The notes beneath the pieces were generated by a model. That model made no database searches. It saw only the letters and a program-made list of their open reading frames with translations, and was not told the DNA's origin. Below, piece after piece: positions 19,770-29,965 of a stretch of 64,000 bases of DNA. The stretch covers positions 224,001 through 288,000 of the forward strand of contig CAZNTG010000006.1 of assembly GCA_964575955.1 (NCBI GenBank), read 5' to 3'. The stretch is from an uncultured Thermoproteaceae archaeon. GTDB lineage: Archaea > Thermoproteota > Thermoprotei > Thermoproteales > Thermocladiaceae. How positions within the stretch are numbered: the stretch's first letter is position 1; every line of letters begins with the position of its first letter. A program made the position numbers and the translations under genes.

Positions 19770-20747
19770 GTGTCGAGTATAAAACTATACAAGTCTATTA
19801 AGGAACTTCCTCGTGAAGAGAAGTTTGCTCCAGGTCATGCAATGTGTGCTGGTTGTGGTGCTGCGATTGCCATGAGATGGCTTAATAAGGTTGTATCTGA
19901 CAATACTATATTTGTAATAGCTACTGGATGTGTTGAAGTTACAACAACAGCATGTCCATACACAGCATGGTTAAGACCTTGCATACATGTAGCATTTGAA
20001 AATGCTGCTGCAGTAGCTTCAGGAATTGAAGCAGCCATAAAAGTTCTTAAGAGAAAGGGAATGTTGAATAAGGATATTAAAGTTGTAGCAATTGCAGGTG
20101 ATGGAGGAACTGTAGATATTGGACTACAAGCACTCAGCGGAATGCTTGAACGTGGACATAACGTAATGTATGTACTATACGACAATGAGGCATACATGAA
20201 CACTGGTATTCAGAGAAGTGGTGCAACACCATTTAGAGCATGGACAACAACAACACCTGTAGGTAGAGTATTGAAAGGAAAATTACAACATAAGAAGGAT
20301 ATTGATGGAATAGTTATGGCACACAGACCTAGATATATGGCAACAACAACAATAGCATACATACTAGACATGGTTAACAAATTCAAAAAAGCTTACGAAT
20401 ACTCAAGTGAAGGACCAACATTCGTACATGTACTATGTCCATGTGTTCCAGGTTGGAGAATAGATCCACACATGACTGTAAAATTATCAAGACTTGCAGT
20501 AGAGACAGGAATGTGGATAAACTATGAAGTAGAGGATGGTAAGTTTAGAGTAACTACAAGAGTACCAAAAAGAAAACCAGTCTCAGAATACTTAAGACCG
20601 CAAGGAAGATTTAGACATCTAACAGATGAAGATATACAAATAATACAGAAGTATGTTGATGAACAGGTAGAGAAGATAAATAGAATGGTTGGAGAAACAG
20701 TGATAGGACCTGTAGTTATCGAGAAGAAATCAGAAGAAAAAGAATAA
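19770..20747 (+). CDS. porB: Pyruvate/2-ketoisovalerate:ferredoxin oxidoreductase beta subunit
   Basis: GHAMCAGCG, ATGC, FENAAA, GDGG, DNEAYMNTGIQRS, CPCVPGW. Confidence 0.92.
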   Translation: MSSIKLYKSIKELPREEKFAPGHAMCAGCGAAIAMRWLNKVVSDNTIFVIATGCVEVTTTACPYTAWLRPCIHVAFENAAAVASGIEAAIKVLKRKGMLNKDIKVVAIAGDGGTVDIGLQALSGMLERGHNVMYVLYDNEAYMNTGIQRSGATPFRAWTTTTPVGRVLKGKLQHKKDIDGIVMAHRPRYMATTTIAYILDMVNKFKKAYEYSSEGPTFVHVLCPCVPGWRIDPHMTVKLSRLAVETGMWINYEVEDGKFRVTTRVPKRKPVSEYLRPQGRFRHLTDEDIQIIQKYVDEQVEKINRMVGETVIGPVVIEKKSEEKE

Positions 20748-20771
20748 ATACAGAAACGATATGGAAAATAT

Positions 20772-20841
20772 GAGGGACCTCGGAGACGCCCGTGCAGCCC
20801 ACGGGTGCATGATCCCGAGGTCCTCCGGAGCGGCTACAATA
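20772..20841 (+). ncRNA. K-turn hairpin with 3' ACA: H/ACA-like pseudouridylation guide sRNA
   Basis: GGACCTCGG/CCGAGGTCC stem, GA / CAT-GA K-turn, apical CGCCCGTG/CACGGGTG stem, ACA at 20836-20838; GC-rich island. Confidence 0.65.
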
Positions 20842-20858
20842 CTTAGAAATTTCAACAA

Positions 20859-20906
20859 ATGATGATATAGGCCCGACAGACTAATGAAGAGGCTATACTA
20901 AACTGA
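20859..20906 (+). ncRNA. Box C/D guide sRNA, predicted tRNA guide
   Basis: ATGATGA-TATAGGCCCGA-CAGA-cta-ATGAAGA-GGCTATACTAAA-CTGA; GGCTATACTA complements tRNA-Glu nt 8-17. Confidence 0.85.
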
Positions 20907-20912
20907 GACTTA

Positions 20913-21518
20913 ATGGAGAAAGTATTTACCTGTCTAAGATGTGCAAAATGTTGTCTTTCAAATCTTCTAATACCATTAACATTACAAGATTTCTATAATT
21001 GGTTTTCAAATAGATGTTATCTACCAATAATACTAACAGTTAGAGAATGTAATGAATATACAGATCTTGCAAATATAGACTGGGTATATACCTTAATATC
21101 GAGTAGACACGACACATATATGAAAGTTAGAGAGATACTTAATAGATATGGTATAAAACTTCCAAAACATGGTTGTTCTCTACTAAACGATAGATATATG
21201 ACATGTAGAGTATATAACTTGAGACCTCTAATATGTAGAATATTTCCATTCGATATAGATTTAAAGATCTCTGACTGGGCTTTAAATAATTGTGAAGCTA
21301 TTAAGAGAGGTTTTATAAAACCTCCGGAGAGCTATAGAGATATTGCTATTGAATATTCTAAAAATGTTGAATATACATATAGTAGAGTTGAAAATGTTGA
21401 GAAGATTGAGAAAATTAGACTGTACGTATTTGAAAATTTTATTAAAAGAATTGTAAAGGATAGATATGACTTAGAAACTTTAAGATATATACTATTCAAC
21501 ATAGTTGAATATGGTTAA
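20913..21518 (+). CDS. YkgJ family cysteine-cluster protein
   Basis: FTCLRCAKCC, CSLL, CRVYNLRPLICRIFPF. Confidence 0.8.
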   Translation: MEKVFTCLRCAKCCLSNLLIPLTLQDFYNWFSNRCYLPIILTVRECNEYTDLANIDWVYTLISSRHDTYMKVREILNRYGIKLPKHGCSLLNDRYMTCRVYNLRPLICRIFPFDIDLKISDWALNNCEAIKRGFIKPPESYRDIAIEYSKNVEYTYSRVENVEKIEKIRLYVFENFIKRIVKDRYDLETLRYILFNIVEYG

Positions 21519-21771
21519 GAAAGCTACATGGAGAAAATTTAGAGAATTTAGAATTGGTAGATATAGGATAGTCCTATATAGGGAAAGAGAGAATGCATCA
21601 ATATTTAGGATAGAGACTCTAGATAGCATTACAGGTACCTACTGCGGTGATATTTATACACATTTTAATGATGAATTAACAATAATATCAACAACAGGAT
21701 CTTTAACTAGTAATGAAATTTTAAAAATTGTATCAATTATAGAAGATTATCTTCAGAAAATGAGAGAGTAG
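21505..21771 (+). CDS. Hypothetical protein
   Basis: 88-aa ORF overlapping the YkgJ stop, abuts convergent nadX. Confidence 0.5.
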   Translation: MNMVKKATWRKFREFRIGRYRIVLYRERENASIFRIETLDSITGTYCGDIYTHFNDELTIISTTGSLTSNEILKIVSIIEDYLQKMRE

Positions 21772-22566
21772 TCATGTTCCTACATTTATATAGTTTTCCT
21801 CAACTAATTGCTTTAGTGTGAATATAGTTGAAAATACGGCTATATAGCTTGTTCTCGGATTCCATGGTGATGGCATGTTTTTCAATATAATTTTTACATT
21901 TGAAATTTTTGAAATTATCTCAATTTCATGAATATTTTCACTAACATCAGGATCTGCAATAACTTCAACTTCTGGTTCAATATTTGTTACTATTGCTATA
22001 CTTGCAACAATATTTACATTAAGTGGAAACTTCTTAACAGCTTCACTTGCAGGTCCTCTATAAATCACTTCTGGTTTATCTATCTTTCCTGTGATTGGTA
22101 GTGCTTTCACAGGTTTTCTAGTTCTCACAATAATCTTCTCGATACCTACTACAGAGAGTGCCTTAAGACCATCAAAGCCACAGATAGCACCTGAAGGAAT
22201 GTATATTTTACCACCATACTTCTTACATAACTCTATCAATCTCTCTCTAAAATCTTTATCAATTAGTGCACCTGAACTTAAAATTATGAATATCTTTCCA
22301 CGAGATAATACTTTATCTGCATATTCTCTAACAGCTTCAGGACTTGCAACTTCAAGTACAATGTCTGGATCTGTATCTAATAATTCGTCAATACTGTTAC
22401 AAATCTTGACATTAGTAATACCGTATTCATATACTATTTTTCTACATTTCTCTAAATCTCTATCCATTAGAGAAACTATTTCAACATTATTTATAATACC
22501 TCTACAGATTGCTTCTACAACACCTCTACATATAGCTCCACATCCAATAATTGCTAATTTCTTCAT
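21772..22566 (-). CDS. nadX: L-aspartate dehydrogenase
   Basis: IIGCGAI, EVAS, PSGAICGFD, FPLNVN, NPRTSY; in nad operon. Confidence 0.9.
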   Translation of the reverse strand: MKKLAIIGCGAICRGVVEAICRGIINNVEIVSLMDRDLEKCRKIVYEYGITNVKICNSIDELLDTDPDIVLEVASPEAVREYADKVLSRGKIFIILSSGALIDKDFRERLIELCKKYGGKIYIPSGAICGFDGLKALSVVGIEKIIVRTRKPVKALPITGKIDKPEVIYRGPASEAVKKFPLNVNIVASIAIVTNIEPEVEVIADPDVSENIHEIEIISKISNVKIILKNMPSPWNPRTSYIAVFSTIFTLKQLVEENYINVGT

Positions 22567-22568
22567 AG

Positions 22569-23408
22569 CTACTCTACCTCTAAACTCATATCTACAATTT
22601 CTGGTCTCATAGTTATGTAGCTAGTACTGATTATGTCTGGTCCTGCTTTAGCATATTCTACGATATTGTCTGGATTTATACCACCACTAACTTCAATAAT
22701 TACCTTATCTCTAAAACCTTCAACTTCTAATAACTTGACAGTCTTCTCAACTTCTTCAGGAGTAACATTATCTAACATAATGATATCAGCACCTGCTTTA
22801 GCAGCTTCAAGTGCATCATGTGCATTCGATACTTCAACTTCAACTTTATGAATAAAACTTACACCTCTCTTAGCAATCTCTACAGCCTTTCTAACACTTC
22901 CAATCAACTTGATATGATTATCTTTTATTAAAACTGCATCACTTAAAGAAAATCTATGAGTATCACCACCACCAATCTTCACAGCTTTTTTAACGAGATA
23001 TCTAAGACCGGGTAATATCTTTCTTGTAGCTGCAACTCTAACATTAGGATTAACACTTCTAACAAGTTCAACAAGTCTTCTTGTTGTTGTCGCAACACCA
23101 GATAAGTACATTAGTAAGTTGAGGATCGTTCTCTCTACTAGTAGAATTTTGTGTAGAGATCCTCTCAATCTTGCGATAACACTACCCTTAGAGATAGTTT
23201 TGCCACTATGTATATATACTTCACATTTAATTCCAAACTTTTCCAATACTTCACATATATCTTCAATACATGCAATTAAGCCTTCTGATTTAGATATTAT
23301 TAATGCAGATATGTCTCTACTATCATTTTTAAATAATATCTCTGTCGTATAGTCTCCAAATGGTGAATCTTCCTTAATCCATCTATAGAAATCTTCTAGA
23401 TTAATCAT
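22569..23408 (-). CDS. nadC: Nicotinate-nucleotide pyrophosphorylase
   Basis: ERTILN, ATRK, HRFSLSD, LIKDNH, EVEV, MLDN, SGGI. Confidence 0.95.
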   Translation of the reverse strand: MINLEDFYRWIKEDSPFGDYTTEILFKNDSRDISALIISKSEGLIACIEDICEVLEKFGIKCEVYIHSGKTISKGSVIARLRGSLHKILLVERTILNLLMYLSGVATTTRRLVELVRSVNPNVRVAATRKILPGLRYLVKKAVKIGGGDTHRFSLSDAVLIKDNHIKLIGSVRKAVEIAKRGVSFIHKVEVEVSNAHDALEAAKAGADIIMLDNVTPEEVEKTVKLLEVEGFRDKVIIEVSGGINPDNIVEYAKAGPDIISTSYITMRPEIVDMSLEVE

Positions 23409-23409
23409 A

Positions 23410-24336
23410 TTAGCTTCTCATAAGTTCTATACTTCTCTCAATAATATCTTTAACTTTTTTAATCTTTTCAATATCTATAACAACTCTATACTTCATATTT
23501 TCAAGACTCTTTAATATGTTTAATAGATTTATCTTCTTCATATCGATACATACAGCTAGCGGATTTGCTGGATATATCTTATAGTCTGTATATAGTTTTC
23601 TAGCTCTATATGTTAATCCTTCTTCTGTTGCTAATATTATTGGCTTATCTTTATCTAAATTTTTAATAATTTTCAACATCTGACTTGTACTTCCAATATA
23701 GTTTGAAATTTTTCTAACACATCTAGGTACTTCAGGATGTGATATCAATATAGCATCTCTATACTGTTCTAAGCACCTTCTAATATAGTATATTGACAAT
23801 GCATATTCATGAACTGGACAATGACCATATGGAGGTACTGTAATTATCTCTTTACCTGTCTTCTCTCTAACATAATCTGCAAGATTTTTATCAGGACCAA
23901 ACATCACAACATCATCTTCAAGTTTTTCAATTAATCTAACAGCACCTGCACTTGTAACTACATAATCTGCATATACTTTAGAATCTAGTAGTGAGTTTAC
24001 GTATAGTACAAGTGGTGCTCTTGGATATCTAGATTTGTATTCTCTAGCTTGATGTGGAGGTAAGTATTCAGCTAGTGGACATGTTGCTGATGGTTCAGGA
24101 TGTAGAACTACCTTATCTGGATTGAGTACTGCAGCCATCTCAGCCATAAATGAAACTCCAGCAAAAACTATGACATCTGCATCACTTTCTAAAGCTTTTA
24201 TTGCAAGTTCTAGACTATCACCAACATAATCTGCAACATCTTGCACTTCAGGTATCTGGTAGTTATGTGCTAATATGATAGCTCTCCTCTCCTTCTTCAA
24301 TTTCTCAATTTTCAATTTAAGCTCTTCAATAATCAT
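23410..24336 (-). CDS. nadA: Quinolinate synthase
   Basis: ILAHNYQ, GDSLEL, ATCPLA, YVNS, HCPVH, SHPE, GST, CIDMK. Confidence 0.95.
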   Translation of the reverse strand: MIIEELKLKIEKLKKERRAIILAHNYQIPEVQDVADYVGDSLELAIKALESDADVIVFAGVSFMAEMAAVLNPDKVVLHPEPSATCPLAEYLPPHQAREYKSRYPRAPLVLYVNSLLDSKVYADYVVTSAGAVRLIEKLEDDVVMFGPDKNLADYVREKTGKEIITVPPYGHCPVHEYALSIYYIRRCLEQYRDAILISHPEVPRCVRKISNYIGSTSQMLKIIKNLDKDKPIILATEEGLTYRARKLYTDYKIYPANPLAVCIDMKKINLLNILKSLENMKYRVVIDIEKIKKVKDIIERSIELMRS

Positions 24337-24782
24337 GCTCTACACTCACAATCTACAAGACCTGCTAATTTCAAGATTCTACATGCTAATAATGCAGCAT
24401 TTACAGGATTATCAATACCAACAACAGCTACAGGAACACCTCTAGGCATTTGAACCATACTTAGAAGTGCGTCAAGACCCATTAATGATACTGAGAGTGG
24501 AACTCCAATAACAGGCTTTTCAGTTCTAGACGCTATAAATCCAGGTAATGCAGCTGAAAGACCAGCCATAGCTATGAAAATCTTAACATCACTCTCACGA
24601 ACATATTTATCAAGCTCTTCAGGATTTCTATGAGCACTAAGTACATGTATCTCATATGGAATATTCAACTTCTTCAACACATCAGCAGCTTTTCTAGCAT
24701 GTTCAAGATCTCTCTCACTACCAACAACTATAGCTACCAGCGGTTTATCACCAAACTTCTCGATAAGAACCATATTAAACAC
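24333..24782 (-). CDS. purE: N5-CAIR mutase
   Basis: [35 protein letters not shown]. Confidence 0.93.
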   Translation of the reverse strand: MFNMVLIEKFGDKPLVAIVVGSERDLEHARKAADVLKKLNIPYEIHVLSAHRNPEELDKYVRESDVKIFIAMAGLSAALPGFIASRTEKPVIGVPLSVSLMGLDALLSMVQMPRGVPVAVVGIDNPVNAALLACRILKLAGLVDCECRA

Positions 24783-25511
24783 CTAAATCTTGCTTAACTT
24801 TATTGGCTTAATCTCAATACCTAAGATATTCATTAACTTCCTATAATTTCTAACTAGAACTTCAGGACTTGCACCTCTCCTATAACATTCCTTGTCAAGA
24901 TGATTACCTGAAGAGTCAATAACTCTAAATGTATCACCACTAATCTCATCTATCAAAATTATACTATCTCCTCTTCTACCAAACTCTAACTTCATATCAA
25001 TAAACTTCAAACCTCTACCTTCAAAAAGTCTAGATAATATTTCATTAACCTTAAGTGCAACACTCTTAACATATTCCAACTCGTCTCTTGATAGTAATCT
25101 AGATTCAATAATATCGTCTTCAAGTATTAAAGGATCGTGAAGTTTATCAGACTTATAATGAAATTCTACTATAGGTTTCTCAAATTTTTGTAATGGTTTA
25201 AGAAGTGGCATTCTCTTAAGTTGTGATCCATATGCATAATTTCTAACAATAACTTCGATAGGTATTAGCTCTGTCTTCAAAACTTTCAATCTTCTATCAC
25301 CATCATACTCTACAAAGTGTGTATTAATACCATTATCTTCAAGATACTTAAAAAACCATGCACTCATAGCTGCTGCAAGTCTACCCTTTTCAGGAGCTTG
25401 ATCTCTTTTAGCACCATCAAATGCTGTCAACTCATCTTTAAACTCCAAAATCAAGAAGTCATTATCAACTTCATACACATTCTTAGCCTTACCACTATAT
25501 ACTAACTTCAT
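24783..25511 (-). CDS. purC: SAICAR synthase
   Basis: YSGKAK, FKDELTAFD, PIEVIVRN, DMKLEFG, DEISGDTFR; start at second Met. Confidence 0.93.
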   Translation of the reverse strand: MKLVYSGKAKNVYEVDNDFLILEFKDELTAFDGAKRDQAPEKGRLAAAMSAWFFKYLEDNGINTHFVEYDGDRRLKVLKTELIPIEVIVRNYAYGSQLKRMPLLKPLQKFEKPIVEFHYKSDKLHDPLILEDDIIESRLLSRDELEYVKSVALKVNEILSRLFEGRGLKFIDMKLEFGRRGDSIILIDEISGDTFRVIDSSGNHLDKECYRRGASPEVLVRNYRKLMNILGIEIKPIKLSKI

Positions 25512-25645
25512 GCAGAAAGTCCATGAAATTAAACATTTAAACATTTCACTAAGTAGATACTACACCTCAAGACTTAATATTTAACAAATCATTTAAATGG
25601 TTTTTGAAAGTAATAGTTATACTTAGAATCATAGTGATGATGTAA

Positions 25646-26452
25646 GTGAAGATTGAAGATGTTAAAGTACTCATAGTTAGAGCACCTGGAACAAATTGTG
25701 ATTATGAGACTGCACAAGCATTTAAGGATTTGGGAACTAGAGTCGAAATTGTTCCAATATACAGGATATTTAATAGAAATGTCAAGATATTAGACTACGA
25801 TATCTTAGTCTTTCCAGGAGGATTTAGTTATGGAGATTTTATTAGAGCAGGAGCAGTACTCGGCAAGAAGTTAATAGCAAAAATTGAGAAAGATATTAAA
25901 GAATTTATAAAAGATGGAAGACCAATATTAGGAATATGTAATGGTTTTCAAATACTTGTAGAAGCTGGTCTAATACCTGGAATTGAAAATGTTAAAATTG
26001 CATTAACTACAAATCTAAGTTTAAGATATGAATGTAGATGGACAATATTAAAATTTGAAAATAATAGATCAATACTCTCAAATTATATAAACATTGGAGA
26101 GATGTTGAAAATACCAATAGGTCATGGAGAAGGAAGACTTATTGTAAGTTCTGAAAAAGACCTTAAAGAACTTATAGATAATAACTTGATAGTTTTCAGA
26201 TATGTAAAGCCTAATGGTGAATATGCTAATGGTGAATATCCATGGAATCCTAATGGTTCTATATACGACATAGCTGGACTATGCAATATCTATGGTAATG
26301 TTATTGGAATGATGCCACATCCTGAGAGAGCATTCTATAGATGGCAATTTCCAGACTGGACCAGAGATAGAGGTAAAATATATATTGAAGTGTATGGAGA
26401 TGGTTATAAGATAATTAAGGGAATTATAGATTATGTATGTTCAAAATTTTGA
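25646..26452 (+). CDS. purQ: FGAM synthase glutaminase subunit
   Basis: PGTNC, PGGFSYGD, GICNGFQ, HGEG, NPNGS, MPHPER. Confidence 0.95.
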   Translation: MKIEDVKVLIVRAPGTNCDYETAQAFKDLGTRVEIVPIYRIFNRNVKILDYDILVFPGGFSYGDFIRAGAVLGKKLIAKIEKDIKEFIKDGRPILGICNGFQILVEAGLIPGIENVKIALTTNLSLRYECRWTILKFENNRSILSNYINIGEMLKIPIGHGEGRLIVSSEKDLKELIDNNLIVFRYVKPNGEYANGEYPWNPNGSIYDIAGLCNIYGNVIGMMPHPERAFYRWQFPDWTRDRGKIYIEVYGDGYKIIKGIIDYVCSKF

Positions 26453-26957
26453 AAATTATATACTTAATATCTAACAATCTATCTCTCATAAATCTACGCA
26501 GATATAGTGGATGATAATGTTTTACAACAGGTATACCAACATTCAACTCTTCTACACTTCTCCAAGCTACTTTACCTAGAGCAATCAGATACTCAGGATT
26601 TAGAACATCTATCTCAATCTTTAAAATTTTCAAACATTTTCTTCTCATTCTCTCAATATATGACTTATCTATAGGTCTACACTTAACAGCTGTTGTCCAA
26701 AATATTCTTAATTTCTTTAATAGACTTGGTATTAGATTATCATCAATATTAAATATTTGAGATAGAGTACTTCTAAGTCTATCCTTCCTATTTAAGTTAT
26801 ATATAAAATCTTCCTTATCTCCAGGAGGTGGTGATTCACTTATAATCAATATCTTCACTCTATCTGGCAGGTATTTTCTATATACTTCAAACTTTACATA
26901 TGGCTTATCTACTACTCTACATTCTTCACATCTCTCTATTAAGTCTTCAATAATCAT
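26424..26957 (-). CDS. Uracil-DNA glycosylase superfamily protein
   Basis: IISESPP, TAVKCRP, IALGKVA, HYHP motifs. Confidence 0.75.
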   Translation of the reverse strand: MIIEDLIERCEECRVVDKPYVKFEVYRKYLPDRVKILIISESPPPGDKEDFIYNLNRKDRLRSTLSQIFNIDDNLIPSLLKKLRIFWTTAVKCRPIDKSYIERMRRKCLKILKIEIDVLNPEYLIALGKVAWRSVEELNVGIPVVKHYHPLYLRRFMRDRLLDIKYIIFKILNIHNL

Positions 26958-28375
26958 CTTTTCAATATCTTCGATATTATATTACTAATCTTCTTCATAG
27001 TTTCCTCATCTGGTTTAACATCTTCAGGATATTTTTCACCACCATATTCTTCAGGTAATTTTCTTGTTGCATCAATACCCACCTTAGATCCATATCCAAC
27101 TATCGGTGTTGAAGGATCTAGCTCTTCTGTTGGATATCTAGGGATTATAACTATATCACGTTGTGGATCTACATGTGCAGCAATCATGTACATTACCTGA
27201 TTTAGATCTCTAACATTTACATCACTATCAACAACTATTACTATCTTACCTAAAACAGGTACTAGAGACCATAATAGCATCATTACACGTTTTGCCTGTC
27301 CTGGATATTTCTTACGTATAGATACTATGTATACATATCCAAGACCTGATGGTGGTATATGAAGATCTACAATTTCAGAAGCTATACATTTCAATAAATT
27401 CTTAACAACTCTCTCACCAAAAATCATCATATACCCATCTTCAAGTATTGGCTTTCCTGTTACTGTGACAGGTATTATTGGGTCATCTCTAGAGAAGATT
27501 GCTCTAACTTCAACAATGGGATATTTAAGTACTGGAGAATATACACCAACATGATCTCCAAAGGGACCTTCAGGAACTAGATCTCTCAATTTTACAACAC
27601 CTTCAATAACTAGTTCTGAATTTGCTGGATATACAACATTCTTCACAGATTTACCTTCAACAAAATCTATACCTCTACCTCTCAAAAGTCCTGTAATAAA
27701 CACCTTATCTAGAGGTGACGGTATTGGTACTGAAGCCATGAGCATAGTTATAGGATCAGTACCAAATACAATAGCTACAGGAACTTCATCACTCCACATC
27801 TCAGCAATCTCTCTACTCTTCCTCCATGGCATCCAATGCATTATCATACGTCTCTCATCAACAACCTGAAGTCTATAATATCCAAAATTTATCCTATCAT
27901 CATAAGCTACAAATGTTATACCCATAGTGAAGAATCTAGCTTTCTCACCAGGCCACTGTCTAATAGCGGGTAGTTTAGTAATATCAATATTTTTCCACTC
28001 AACTTCATGTACAGGTCCTGAACCTACCTTCCTGGGAAGAGCTTTACCAACCTTACCAAATTCTGAGATAGTTTTAACAATATCTTGAATACCTCTATAC
28101 CTAGTCTTTAAAATATTTGAAAAATATTCTAATCTTCTAGAAATTTCATCCTCACTTAAAATATTGTCAATCCTATCTAAACTACCAAACAGATTACCAA
28201 CAACTTTAGTTAAACAGTCTTTAACATTCTTAAAAATCACTGCAGGACCATTATTATAACATACCTCTCTTAAAATATGTGCAAGTTCAAGATCAAGACT
28301 AACTTCATCATCAATTTCTACAAGTAGATTATGTCCTCTTAGAAAGTTTAAATATTCTCTAAGATCATTAAACAT
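26954..28375 (-). CDS. UbiD family prFMN-dependent decarboxylase
   Basis: GPAVIF, NFGYYRLQ, EGPFGDH, GKPILED, LDPS, KVGIDAT. Confidence 0.9.
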   Translation of the reverse strand: MFNDLREYLNFLRGHNLLVEIDDEVSLDLELAHILREVCYNNGPAVIFKNVKDCLTKVVGNLFGSLDRIDNILSEDEISRRLEYFSNILKTRYRGIQDIVKTISEFGKVGKALPRKVGSGPVHEVEWKNIDITKLPAIRQWPGEKARFFTMGITFVAYDDRINFGYYRLQVVDERRMIMHWMPWRKSREIAEMWSDEVPVAIVFGTDPITMLMASVPIPSPLDKVFITGLLRGRGIDFVEGKSVKNVVYPANSELVIEGVVKLRDLVPEGPFGDHVGVYSPVLKYPIVEVRAIFSRDDPIIPVTVTGKPILEDGYMMIFGERVVKNLLKCIASEIVDLHIPPSGLGYVYIVSIRKKYPGQAKRVMMLLWSLVPVLGKIVIVVDSDVNVRDLNQVMYMIAAHVDPQRDIVIIPRYPTEELDPSTPIVGYGSKVGIDATRKLPEEYGGEKYPEDVKPDEETMKKISNIISKILKR

Positions 28376-29251
28376 CTAGTGTAGTATAAATCCTAGACAT
28401 ATAAATGTTGATGTTATACATCTAATAGCAAAGATATAGAATGGATTTCTAACTTTTAAAGAATGTAATGTTAATGGTAGTGTAATATATGTTAAAAGTA
28501 TTATTAAAGATACAGACTTCAAAATTATCAAAACTATTGGAACTAAGTATATTATGAATATGAAGATGTATAGTACATATTTAACATTTTCTAAACCTAA
28601 AACGACAGCTATAGTCTTCTTACCTAACTTCAAATCAACATCATATCTGGCAATTGCAAGCTTTGTTAAAATTATTGTTGTATACATACCATTAGCAAGA
28701 CCTGCAATTATTGAAAGTGTGATACCATATATGTTCAATGTGTTTGATAATACTATGAATGTTCCACATGTAATTAATGGTCCTGTAGCAATACCTGCAA
28801 ATATTTCACCAAAACCTCTATATCTAAGTTTAACTATTGGAGAGCTATATCCAACTCCTATAAAAACTCCTAGAAATACTATTATGAAAACTTCAATAAT
28901 AGATAACGATATTAGAAGTATTGATCCAAGAACTATAGCAATTCCTATCAATATTATTGATATATTTCTAACAAGTTTAGGATCTACATTTAAATCTAAT
29001 ATCATATTAACTCTATGGAGAGTTCTCACTTTTCTATACTCAATATCTATACCTGTAGTATAATCTCTATAATCATTATATAAGTTTACTCCTGAATGTA
29101 TCAATATTAGACATATTATAACTATTGATAACTTTATCAAGTCTACATGTCTAAATATTGAGTATGTTATTGATGCTCCTATAATTGCCGATAATATACT
29201 TGATATGAATGTTATTGGACTTAGAGCTTCTATATATTTTAATAATCTCAT
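28376..29251 (-). CDS. UbiA/MenA-family prenyltransferase
   Basis: NLYNDYRDYTTGID, YRGFGE, DLKLGKKTIAV; multi-TM. Confidence 0.8.
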   Translation of the reverse strand: MRLLKYIEALSPITFISSILSAIIGASITYSIFRHVDLIKLSIVIICLILIHSGVNLYNDYRDYTTGIDIEYRKVRTLHRVNMILDLNVDPKLVRNISIILIGIAIVLGSILLISLSIIEVFIIVFLGVFIGVGYSSPIVKLRYRGFGEIFAGIATGPLITCGTFIVLSNTLNIYGITLSIIAGLANGMYTTIILTKLAIARYDVDLKLGKKTIAVVLGLENVKYVLYIFIFIIYLVPIVLIILKSVSLIILLTYITLPLTLHSLKVRNPFYIFAIRCITSTFICLGFILH

Positions 29252-29889
29252 CTTACTCTATATACATATATTATACATGGTTTATCGTATTCTTCAGGTA
29301 TTTTATCTAGAATTTCTGTATTTATTGATATGTTTTTCACAATCTTAATAGCATATTCATCACCAAGCTTTTGTATTAAAGTTCTAGCTTTTTCAAATGA
29401 TGGCATTAATATTACAAGCATTCCAAGTTCTCTTACAAGTCTTACCATTGTTTCAATATCTTCATCATGTCCATTTACTACAGAGAAACCTCTAATATTT
29501 GGATAGTCTGTTAGTGATATCTCTGCCTCTATAGCACCTGCAGTTATTGATGATACTCCTGGAATAACTTCATAAGGTATATTATGCCTTTTCAATTCCT
29601 CTAACTCCTCTCTAAGATGTGAATATATTGTTGGATCACCATTCTTCAAATGTGCAACTACATAACCTTTCAATGCTCTATCAATAACTATCTTAATAGC
29701 TTCCTTTCTATGTCTTTTAACAATTTTAATCTTCTCAATAGCATTTTTTGCATATTTTTCAACAATTATATCAGGAACTAGATTACCATAAACAACAACT
29801 TGAGCTTTACTTAACCTATCTATAGCTCTCAATGTTAAGAGATCTGGAGCTCCAGGTCCAACACCTATAATATAGACAAAACCTGTCAC
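29248..29889 (-). CDS. cobA: Uroporphyrinogen-III C-methyltransferase (siroheme synthesis, CobA/CysG-A)
   Basis: GVGPGAPDLLTLRA, LKNGDP, VIPGVSS. Confidence 0.82.
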   Translation of the reverse strand: MTGFVYIIGVGPGAPDLLTLRAIDRLSKAQVVVYGNLVPDIIVEKYAKNAIEKIKIVKRHRKEAIKIVIDRALKGYVVAHLKNGDPTIYSHLREELEELKRHNIPYEVIPGVSSITAGAIEAEISLTDYPNIRGFSVVNGHDEDIETMVRLVRELGMLVILMPSFEKARTLIQKLGDEYAIKIVKNISINTEILDKIPEEYDKPCIIYVYRVR

Positions 29890-29965
29890 AGTTGGGTTTA
29901 GATATTTTAAATTTAAATATTAATCTATAATGTTAAAGGTGAGAAAAGTGGAAATATTTCAATTT

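Noticed and set aside
20813-20821. 9-nt match between the 45219-45269 sRNA guide (ACCTCGGGA) and the H/ACA hairpin
   Set aside because: Short, inside a stable stem, plausibly chance; rRNA targets untested
25634-25690. GTGATGA before purQ
   Set aside because: No downstream CTGA at guide spacing; runs into the purQ coding region
26212-26242. Tandem repeat AATGGTGAATAT x2 in purQ
   Set aside because: Simply encodes NGEYANGEYP within a conserved protein
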